Source: Podarcis pityusensis
Taxonomy: Eukaryota
Length of the DNA stretch: 64,000 nucleotides
Reading direction: 5' to 3' (one strand)
Assembly: GCA_964106645.2 (NCBI GenBank)
Contig: OZ067039.1
Of this stretch, positions 52,403 to 62,277 are shown piece after piece (positions within the stretch are counted from its first letter, which is position 1; every line of letters begins with the position of its first letter). A program made the translations under genes and the position numbers. The notes below the pieces were generated by a model that searched no databases, was not told where the DNA came from, and saw only the letters and a program-made list of their open reading frames with translations.

Positions 52403-52643
52403 AGCCAGTGTGGTGTAGTGGTTAAGAGCGGTAGTCTTGTAATCTGGTGAACCGGGTTCGCGTCTCCGCTCCTCCACATGCAGCTGCTGGGTGACCTTGG
52501 GCCAGTCACACTTCTCTGAAGTCTCTCAGCCCCACTCACCTCACAGAGTGTTTGTTGTGGGGGAAGAAGGGAAAGGACAATGTTAGCCGCTTTGAGACTC
52601 CTTAGGGTAGTGATAAAGCAGGATATCAAATCCAAACTCTTCT
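52403..52643 (+). mobile_element. CORE-type tRNA SINE (Squam3-like) with an extra duplicated head upstream
   Basis: A-box TGGTGTAGTGG, B-box GGTTCGCGTCT, CORE gggtgaccttgggccagtcac, L2-like tail, CTT end. Possible TSD TTACAG at 52363-52368 and 52643-52648. Confidence 0.85.
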
Positions 52644-53170
52644 TACAGAGTCACCCAGAAGGCTAATTACTGAATAAACCGCATGTACTCTTGCCCTAAT
52701 AACCAATCAAGCTACAAGCAAGAATATTCTGTCCGTGAGACACTCACTGTAACTCTACACACCAACTACAGTTGTCTCTGGATAGAGCTTAGCTTCAAGG
52801 TCTTCTTATCCTGTTTCTCATCTCACAGCTGCCATATAACATAGCCCTTGTTCCATTGTCTTCATAGAGGAAATGGATAGTAATGTCGTACTTTGCATAA
52901 ACAGTGACAACCTTGGCAACCTTACAAGGCTCTTCTCCTTTATGCCAATAGATATGCACAATGACACTTAGCTGTATCATATCTATATGCATCTGTGGTG
53001 ACATTGTTTATCCGCATACAATGTCAGACCTCATACAAAGCGGCTACTTTTGACTTGGTAGGCCCTGGCGTATGTGTTGTGCAAAGGCATATGTAAGAAA
53101 CTCCATACAAAAAAACCAGTGTACTGCTCATTCTCCAGCTCCCACATTCCCCTGCGCAGATGAGACCTAC

Positions 53171-53258
53171 GTGCTATTTTCCTTTTTGCGGCAAACTTCA
53201 GTCTATCCAGCTGCTGCTTTGTTCTTTTCTTCTGCAGACCATGTTCCTCCTTGGACTC
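53171..53258 (-). CDS. UIMC1: UIMC1/RAP80 coding exon (first one found in the window): ESKEEHGLQKKRTKQQLDRLKFAAKRKIA
   Basis: Resembles human EPKEENGLQKTKTKQSNRAKCLAKRKIA. Acceptor ttgCAGCAG (alternative start 53261), donor gtaggt. The phase-1 end joins the next exon as C|AG (Gln). Confidence 0.93.
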
Positions 53259-54519
53259 CTGCTGCAAGAGAAGAAATATGGTAAATACATAAACTACAGA
53301 AGATGCTACCATTTGCCACCCTTCCCCCATCCCTCCTGCCTCAACCTTCATCCAAATCTCCAAGCCCAGGGAAGGGGGAAAAAAGAAAAGGAAAAGCTGG
53401 CACAAAGGCAGACTCCTCGACTGGTGAGAAATGTGACTTTCAGACACAAATAAAAGAGTATTCTGTAGCTATTAAAGGAGCTGTGTGGTAAGTATAATGA
53501 GCAACGAGGGATGCAGGCAAACGTGTAAACAGATTAGCAGCAAAGGACAATAGACCTCATGTCAGTCACTCTCATGCAGAGTACCAGCTGCATAGGATTT
53601 TAACAAGAAGTTGTTTGCTTTTACATTCAGGAAGTTATAAAGAGTGAAAATGCAAAAGAAAAACTTGATGAGATCTTCCAGCAGGGACATCTAACAGGGC
53701 AAGGTGCTTTCTTAGTACAGCTGGAAAGGTATCATCCAGCAAAGTTGATTCCCCAAAGGCAAGGGGCACTTAGTTAATAAGGGGGGGGGAGAACTCCACA
53801 ATCTAATGCTGTTCACTATGAGACGTCACCCTCCTATGTATCATACTTTAGACTGATAACTTCTTTTATTTCCCTCTGAAGGAAGGGGGGATGGCACATC
53901 CATCAAAATGGCTATCATGCTATGGCCTCCCTGAACTGACAACTAAGTACATTTTTAAAAGTCAACAGTATGAGCATTTGTCAGGGACAGTTAAGATTTA
54001 AAGGATGCAACAATGGAAGCACAATTGCAAGCCATATCCAAGCAGAGAAAGAACAGGAGAAATTGAACATGACACATAACGGCGACGCAGGAATCTTTTT
54101 AATGACTGAAGAGACTAAAATGGAAACTGACCAAAAGGAGGAGAGACAGATTGCTAAGGTCAAGAATACTGATCCAGCACAGGAGTGTAAGGCTGGACAA
54201 AAGTCAGAAAAAGAAAGGTACACAATGAGTTGCAACCAGCCAGAGACAGATATTTTTATGTTGCAAACGAAGAAAGGCATCTCAAGTGTGTTGTTTACCT
54301 CAGAAAAAGATACCAACAGAGTATACAACAGAGTGCAACATCTATTTTAAAAAAGGTGAAGTACTGAAACAACTAATGATATTAATAGAAACAAAAATTG
54401 AAGAGAAACATGAAGTTAGTAGCAGAAAAGAGCATGTAAAATAATATTTGGGCAATATGAAAGGGACATTCTACACAAATTTGAATTCAGAGAATTGATA
54501 TGATTCACAAAGCCTACTA

Positions 54520-54761
54520 CAGTGGAACCTCGGTTGTTGAACACTTCAGAAGTCGAACGTTTCGGCTATCGAATGCCAACAACCCAGAAGTGAATGCTTC
54601 CGTTTTTGAACGCGCCTTGGAAGTCGAATGGCTTCTGAGGCGTTCTTCTCCATTTTTCTCAATGGAATTTGCCGACCGGCAATTGCACCTCGGCTGTTGA
54701 ATGTTTTGGAAGTCAAATGGTCTTCCAGAATGGATTACGTTCGTCAACCAAGGTTCCACTG
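54520..54761. mobile_element. Tc1/mariner-pogo-type MITE, same family as 22582 and in opposite orientation
   Basis: TIRs CAGTGGAACCT(C/T)GGTTG, TA on both sides, and shared internal aacgtaatcc..tggaag motif in reverse. Confidence 0.88.
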
Positions 54762-54981
54762 TACAGGGTTGGTTTTTTAAAAGGGCTAAAGAAGATAGAA
54801 CTAGGGATTCAAAATGAGGCAAATACTGGTAGAATCGTTTAGCGAAAAACAAAGCCAACTCCTCATAGCAAGTGTAGTGATGTTACAGAAGAAATTATGG
54901 CAAACTGATGGGCAAAGGGTGATGAAGTAGTGGATGATCCACCACTTCCAAAGCCCTGAACGATTGCACTGATCAGGACAG

Positions 54982-54984
<3 letters not shown>

Positions 54985-55014
<30 letters not shown>
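54985..55014. repeat. (GT)n microsatellite
   Basis: Direct observation. Confidence 0.95.
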
Positions 55015-55017
<3 letters not shown>

Positions 55018-55773
55018 TACAATATATTTCCTGTTTTGTTTTAAAACCAACAACTTCCCATTGAAATTAATGGCAAGGGAAATGACTCAGCTGGCTGGCC
55101 TAAGTAATGGGACTGATCCTGTGCCTCTTAGGAGAGCACTGGGGCTTTAGATCCAGTGGATCCCAGGCTGACTGTGTCCCACTTCCATCTGTCCCCATGA
55201 AACCAAATATTGGGGGCTAATAATGGCTTCCACTAGCCAAAACGCCACTGGCAGATCTACAACCATGGGCACGGCAGGACCTCTGCGCTGAGCGTGGTCC
55301 TCCCCTTGGCTGAGAGGTACCTCTGTCTCATCCTAAACCATCTCTAGCCAGCAGACCTGGGGATTAGAAATGCTGTTAGTTCTCTTCTCTTGTCAGTTAA
55401 GTATACAGGTGGAAATTATCTAGGCTGCAATCTACAGCCCATAAATACACAACACCAGCACCACACATACAAGGATTTCCTCCCACTCTTCAGCCAGGAA
55501 TTGGAAAGTCCTGTTAGTGTTCACTAAGCAGCCTCACAGCCCCAGATATCAACAAGGATATTGATCCAGCCCCAAATCGCATCCTCTTGAGCAAGGATGA
55601 ATTATGTGGACTAAATGAAACAACCATAAAGTGGGTATGCAAGTGTCTAAAAATAACTGCACTCAGTGGATAATAATGAATTGACATAAAAGAGAAAAGA
55701 GGTGGCAAGTGGAGTTCTGCAGTGAGTTCTGGGGCCTGGGCTGTTTAGCTTCATAAATAATGTCAGGGAAGAG

Positions 55774-55985
55774 TTTCCAGAGGAGCAGTAGTATTCATCT
55801 GTTGTAGTGAAAAACAACGAAGAGTCTTGTAGCACCTTAAAGACCAACGCATTTATTATGGCTTAAGCTTTCATGGACTACAGTCCACTTGGTCTATGAA
55901 AGATTATATCTTTGTCTTTGAAAAGCACTACTAGACTCTTTTGTTGTTTTTGATGCAAAAGACTAACCCGGCTATCTGTCTGAAA
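55774..55985. mobile_element. Penelope-like element remnant as an inverted pair
   Basis: aaaaacaacgaagagtcttgtagcaccttaaagacc and its reverse complement tagactcttttgttgttttt, with a partial hammerhead (stem II plus GAAAGCTT). Confidence 0.7.
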
Positions 55986-56169
55986 AGGTTGAGGCAGTGG
56001 CATTGCTGAGAAGGCAGTCTTAAGGCAAGTAAGAATACAAACAAGAAAAAGTGGGGAGGTGGGGGGATGAAAATTGCCTGGAACTCCTCAGGCAGTCGTG
56101 TTCCCCTCTCAGCATCTGGCAAAACTCATCTCTGTGGCTTCCCTGCCCACCCCCTCTTCAAGCGCTGGG

Positions 56170-57256
56170 CCTCACGGGCCTCACCATCTTGGCGCAGCAG
56201 ATGCTTCAAACACAGGCGGTTTCAAACATGGCAACAGCGCCACCTGCAACAAGACAGGGCTGCTGTATTTTTAATACAAGCACTACAGGAGGAAATCCAG
56301 CAGGTGAAGCTCTTATGACCAGGACTTGTAAACAGGGGCATTTGCAAGGTTGTTTAGTTTGAAGGGGAAGTCTGGAGCTTTCTCACAGTGTGTGGGGAAC
56401 CAAGAGACCTGGAGAGTAATGGAGCTGCTGCAATTACCAGCAACATCTGTGCCATGTTTGTTTTCCTGCCTAAGATCGGGCAAAACTACACATGTAGCAA
56501 GTGCAAGCTGACTACCTTGCTGGAAGAGAAGGTACAGCAACTTGAGGCCTGCCAACCACATTCTGAGCTATCAGGCAAGATGAGGAAATTCTCACTAGAC
56601 CAGAGTAGACTATCTTGGAGCAGAGATGAAGGCAGGGAACCCTAGGGAAGAGCAGGATCACCCAATACAGGAGGCAACCCCCTGAAGGAACATAACACAA
56701 AGAAAGCAGGACTGTCAGGAGCCATGTTTTGTCTCTGGAATGGCAAAATCAATTCCATGCCCTCACCCTGGACACCGATTCTCAGCCAGAGCAGCAAGAA
56801 TAGAAGTAGAAAACCCAAAACACACTGAGGTGGCAGTGAACAGAACAATTCCTGCTGCTCTCCATAGAAGAAAGTGATGTGTGGTGGCAGCAGATGATTT
56901 CCTACTGAGGGTGACAGAGGCAGCAGTGTGCAGAGGAAAGACTCATTGTTTCACTTGTCTCTACACTAATGCACAGAGTACAGGAAACAAGCAAGAAGAA
57001 TTTTCACTCTTAATACAGGTTGGCAAATATGATCTTTTAGGCATTAGTGAAACCTGGTGGGATGAAACTCATGACTGGAATGTAGAAACTGAGAGGTATA
57101 CCCTATTCAAAAGGAATAGCCCATACAGGAAAGGAGAGGTAGCAAAATTATATGTAAAGAATGTGTACACTTATCAAGAGATCCATGACTTGAATGATAG
57201 AATGCAGACTGAGAGTATATGAGTAAAAATTGTAGGAGAGGGAAACAACAGTGACT
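56170..57256 (+). mobile_element. CR1 LINE 5' part: ORF1 (zinc finger/leucine zipper, esterase start) and ORF2 APE endonuclease, degraded
   Basis: ICAMFVFLP...YTCSKCKL..LLEEKVQQLE, VV..D..LLR.TE..VCR, CLYTNAQS.GNKQEE...YDL.GISETWWDETHDWN. Confidence 0.9.
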
Positions 57257-57267
57257 TGACTGTGGGT

Positions 57268-57375
57268 AGAAATATAAAAATAAAATAAAATAAAATGTCC
57301 AGTAGCACCTTAGAGACCAACTAAGTTGTTCTTGATATGAGCTTTCAGGTGCATGCACACTTCTTCAGATGCACT
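57268..57375 (-). mobile_element. Penelope-derived short repeat, copy B (degenerate hammerhead motif at 57335-57372)
   Basis: ccagtagcaccttagagaccaactaag...gagctttc..gtgcatgcacacttcttcagat. Confidence 0.8.
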
Positions 57376-57381
57376 GTGGGT

Positions 57382-57960
57382 TCCTAACAACAAAGGGACA
57401 TGGCAAAGGGATGGTATCTGCAATATACAAAATACTACTCTAAAATCCCACGAACACGCTAGACGTAATAAAAAAACATGGGAAGACGAAATAGGCTATG
57501 AGATTAGCCCCACTCAGTGGACCAGAATGTAGCCTAAACCCCCCTTTAAATCCATATCAACGAAAAGAAAAGAACTCACTCTGAAACTTACCTAAGGGTG
57601 GTACCTAACACCAAGGAAACTAAGCTAATACGCTCAGGAACCTCACCAAAATGCTGGAGAGGGTGCACCTCCACGGGCACATACCTCCACATGTGGTGGG
57701 AATGCCTCCAAATCCAACTATTCTGGACAACAGCCATACAAGAAATACACATACATTAAGCAAAATAGAAATATCGCCTCCCACCCCCACCCCCACCCCC
57801 CATGGCCCCCTCTGCCTCTTCCACCCTTTTTCTTCCTAATGTAACCCTAATGTCTCAACAAATGAAACTGACCTATGGAAAATGTAACTTGAAAAAAGAG
57901 ACATTGTGCATACCTTTGTAAACCAAGAAAACTTTAATAAAAATATTTTTTTAAAAAAAA
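57382..57960 (+). mobile_element. 5'-truncated L1 (ORF2 C-terminal zinc knuckle, 3'UTR, polyA)
   Basis: WYLTPRKL / SPKCWRGCTSTGTYLHMWWEC (CCHC, with a frameshift between the two blocks), AATAAA at about 57936, A-tail. Approximately 15-bp imperfect TSD agatgcactgtgggt/agattacactgttggt. Confidence 0.85.
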
Positions 57961-58057
57961 GAAGATTACACTGTTGGTGACTGTGGGTAGAAATATATAA
58001 AAAGAATAAAAAGAAATTGTCCAGTAGCACCTTAGTGACCAACTAAGTTTGTTCTTG

Positions 58058-58095
58058 GTATGAGCTTTCGTGTGCATGCACACTTCTTCAGATAC
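58058..58095 (-). ncRNA. Minimal type I hammerhead ribozyme motif in Penelope repeat copy A
   Basis: Minus strand GUAU-CUGAAGA-A-GUGUG-CAUG-CACAC-GAAA-GCUC-AUAC. It has the conserved core, a 5-bp stem II, palindromic AGCU stem III and a 4-bp stem I. Confidence 0.75.
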
Positions 58096-58109
58096 ACTAC
58101 ATTCTTCGG

Positions 58110-58345
58110 ATACTACATTGCCTGCGAAGCCAGAGTGAAGGCTTGGATGATACCTTCCTAGATCAGATTACCAAACATTCAGTACTGAGAAAGTGATCCT
58201 GTTCTCTTGGGTTTCATTATACAGAGACAAGGGAAAGCTGAGTGTAGTCAGACATGCACTCTGGAATTTAAGAAGGCTGGTTTCAAAAAGCTTGAACTAC
58301 TGGGTGAGATCCTATGGTCAGAAATATTCAAAGAGAAGGGAATGG
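58110..58345 (+). mobile_element. Continuation of the CR1 endonuclease after the Penelope/L1 insertions
   Basis: SQSEGLDDTFLDQITKHS, then FIIQRQGKAECSQTCTLEFKKAGFKKL.LLGEI.WSEI.KEKG. Confidence 0.8.
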
Positions 58346-59488
58346 TGCTTAATGTATTGCTGGTGCATAATGCATTGGTCACATCTATAAGCTATATTTT
58401 TGCAAATCATGCTTAATTTTGTGGAGTTCTGTTCATGTTTTCTAAGTACTCCTGGCCCCTTTGGAATGTGAACCTGCTATGGTGTGTGCTTGCAGCTTCT
58501 CACTATTTAATCTCATCTATGGATTTCATTAGTGCATAGATTTTGATAATTAATTTAGACGTTAAACAACAGCAAACCCAACACCAGTCCCTTACTCTCT
58601 GTGCTGTTACTCAGAACTGAATTCACTGCTGTTCTATGCTACCCTTTGTTTTGAGCTTTTAAAAAATTTCATCCCAGGAGCATGCCTCACAAACTAAGTG
58701 CAAGGCATAGTATTATACGATTCTCCAAGTCCCAATATGCATTTTCTTTCACTGCTTTTAAAATAATCAAACAAGCAAGCCATTTAGTACAGAAGTAGTT
58801 ATTCACCACTCCCTTTCCACTCACTTAAGAGATAGCACTTCCATTTATTTCTCACAGTACCTTCCAGCTTTAATACTAATGCTTTTTAAAAAGGCCTTAT
58901 TCCCTGTCATATACAAATTCAAAATATGGTTCATTCACTCTCTGAAAAACAGGTTCTTCTCCCAACACAGTTTACACTCCATGCCCTGCTTAGTCCAAGA
59001 GTCTTCAACCCGGCATCCCTTGTCCTCTGAGCTGAGCTGCTTAATCTCCCTACCAGACCTGGTGACACCACCCTGCTTTCACCTGCTTGTAGGCTGCACA
59101 CTCACAAGCTCTAGTCCCCCATTGGCTCTCCTCTTCCTATGGTTTCTAGAAATATTTCCCCAGCCATTCATTTGCTTTGACCTGAATAAAACTGCAGAAA
59201 GCTTGCCTTCGGGACTACTTTCTTCTGCTGCTTTATTTTATTTGTTTGATTGTTTATATTCTACTCTTTAAAATATTTCCTCCAAAGCAGCTTAGAAAAG
59301 TCATAACAGTTAAAAACGGGGGGGGGGGGGGAGGAGGTAAAAACACATCAGCATCTCTGGTATCTGCCACTCAGATTTTGCTAATCAAAGGCGAGAGAGA
59401 ATAGCCTCTGATACTGAGCTCTGGCAAACTAATATTGGTACAAGCAGTTCTTGCACCAGATAACCCTTCAATACTTAAATGGCCTAGA

Positions 59489-59811
59489 CAGTGGTTCCCA
59501 ACTAGCTAAGTACTACAGAACCCAGTTTTTCAAAAGCCAAGCCATGGAACCCCTACTTTTGAAAGTGTTCTATCTGGGGTAGTTTTTGTTATGTGAATGT
59601 TGCCACTATACCCTCCAACATGTCCCAGTGCAAAACTGGGAAGCCCGTCTTCTGGGCTGCATGCCCACATGAGTCACGTGACCCACATGTTTTGGCGTTC
59701 CATGCTCTCACACGAGAGCATGGCTTCCCAAAACAGAATGTCCCAGACAGTTGACGGATATGTGCCACGGACCCCGAGTGGGTTATGCAGACCACCAATT
59801 GGGAACCACTG
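59489..59811. mobile_element. hAT (Charlie-like) MITE
   Basis: Perfect 13-bp TIR CAGTGGTTCCCAA, with CCTAGA on both flanks (TSD-like). Confidence 0.85.
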
Positions 59812-59819
59812 ACCTAGAA

Positions 59820-60040
59820 CAAAATCAATACCAGCTCTTAAAACTGAGCCCAGAAAAACTGGCAACACATGTAGTTGGTATAGAATCAGTGTAATAAGTC
59901 CCGACTGCCTTGCTGCTACCACATCCTGGCAGGTGTGTTCTGAAACAGTTCTGGCTTCCCAGGCCATTTCTAAAGCCAGCCCCATATAGAGAGCACTGCA
60001 GTGATCCAGGAAGTTACATAGGGGCTTATCTAAACATATG
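59820..60040 (-). mobile_element. Degraded L2-clade ORF2 fragment
   Basis: LDHCSALYMGL.L...ITLILYQLH.LP remnant. Confidence 0.65.
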
Positions 60041-60879
60041 CCCCCCCCCACCTTCCACCTGCAGTCCTAATGTGCAACAGTCAAGGAAGGACTGTATTAC
60101 TTGCTATTTCTGCATATTTGAATTGACCCCTGTTTGGAAGTAGGTAAAGGATTCTCTGAAAAACCAAGTAGATTTGAAAATCCATGCAGACTGAACAGGT
60201 AGTGACTGCTGATCCTGCAACTTGGAATTCGGTAAGTATGTAATGCAACGACTGGATGTTCACCTAGTGCACATCTGATCCCTTTAAAAAATTTGCTTGC
60301 AGACCACTCAGAGTCTACCTGCTAAAAGGATTAAGAGAGCGCCTGGAGGTACGTTTGCTTTCCATGTTTAGCTTAATGCGTTAAAGAGGACAGGCAGCCC
60401 AAGGGCCTTGGTTCTATCTACGGGGAAATATATTTTTATGACATAGAACTAGAAAGAAAAATAAAGATATGCTTTCCTAGAATCAGATGATTTTGGAGCA
60501 GAAAATGAATATGTAATCTATTTGGGTGATGGAATAACAACAACATATAATCTGTAAGTTGCATACTTCTTTGCTTTGACCCCCCACCTAAGAAGCAATT
60601 TATAAACAGGCAGTGACCATTTCGCACAAGAATTCTGCTCCCAACCTCTGCCCCACCTTCCATTCCATTCTGCTCTGCCCCAAGAGGACCCATGAGTTGG
60701 CAATTGCATGGCAATTGGACACACCTAAAATGTACCTACCTACCTGGGATATATACAGTGAAATGATCTGTCATTTCATTGTTGTTGATTGATCCTTGAC
60801 TCTAGCGGACCAATAAATGAGCATGGCTCAGTAGATAGCAGATGAGTTGGTTTTAGTTACCCATCCCTGATTTAGACCC

Positions 60880-61075
60880 ATGCCTACCTTAAGTATGATC
60901 ATTTCTACTTTAACTGCCCCTAACTGATCTTTGTCTCTACTGAAAAACATCCAACGGACGAGGTATTCCCAAACCTCTCTTATTGAGTTCTTAACTTTTC
61001 TCAGTTTTGAACGTGATGTTAAAAATCTTCCCTCCTTCAACAAAAGTCCATTACTTCCTGTCAGTTGCATTTCTG
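60880..61075 (-). mobile_element. Highly degraded CR1 3' fragment
   Basis: TGSNGLLLKEGRF...REV.....L..F resembles the CR1 RTRSNG.KL.EGRFRL..PREVV motif. Confidence 0.5.
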
Positions 61076-62277
61076 CTTGAACAGCTATAGAAAAAATGTA
61101 CATCTATTAGAAAGTGGTTGTCATCTCCAGGCTCCACCATCAGCCTTTTCTACTAAGTCTTATTTTCAAAAGCTTTACCCTTTTTCTGCTCTTGATTTTT
61201 CTCCCAAGTCCGTACTAAGGTCTGACTAGTATGGAAGAGAATGAAACAATGATTTTCTGTCATATGGAAGCAATGTTTAAAATTCTGCTAGTTCAAGTTG
61301 CCTTTTGGGCATATCAGCATTGCAACATACTTATTTAGGCTATACAGTAGTTCCCTAGAACCATGCAGATTTTTCTAAGTGGAGCAATTATCTAACCAAT
61401 TTTGTTAATACGACATTGATTTTTCTCTTGTTCATATAATTATGCTTGTCTTAGGAGAATTTTGACTTCTGCTCTTCCATTTCCCAATGTGTTAAGAACA
61501 TTTAGGGCCAGGATATTGTTTTGGGCTTGTGGTTGGCTGAGCTAGTATAGTAAACCAAGGACACTAAGCCAGCTATAGTCTAACTTCTGTGAGGGAAAGT
61601 AAAGCTGTCAGTTTTGCTGGAATCAAAAATCACTTGGGTAGGCTGAGGACCCAGGACAAAGACAAAGGGAGCCCAGAGGCAAGGCAACTGAAAGAATGAT
61701 ACAGAGTATAGGGAATAGACTTGAGAAAGTTGAAAGTGTGGTGTTTTGAGAAAAAGGGCAGCGACGACACAGAACTGATGCAAGAAGAAGTAAGTCAAAG
61801 AGAAGATCAACAGGGGCAGTATGCTATGCAGAATGACAGGAGGAGTGCTAGGGAGGACTGTCAAGAAATAAGGCATGTCGAGGTAGTGGTAGAATCTTAA
61901 CTTTGATGGGGGAATTCTGTCAATGGTGACTTCTACTAGAAAGCAGGGTGGTGAATAGTCATGTGGAATTTATTCTGGCTTTGCATTATCTGAAAATACT
62001 TCAAGAGTGACTATCTATCTACATTTTGGGCTTCCAGATATTGTTGAAGTCCAGCTCCCATCAGTCCAAGCCAGCACAATGGGAGGGCCACAGGGTAGCC
62101 ACCTCTGCTCTACTTCATCTAACAGCCTGCCCCTTTAGAATTCTGCAATTCTGTATTTCCTCCAAGCCATGATCAGATGTACAACCATAAGCATCTACAT
62201 GATTTTTTTCCAGGTGAGGGGCAAAGTAAATATTCCAAATAAATGAATAGCACCAGAGAAAGGGTCTACTATTTCTG

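Noticed and set aside
53970-54350. 126-aa plus-strand ORF and its 115-aa antisense ORF
   Set aside because: Purine-biased low-complexity sequence with no domain signature or splice support.
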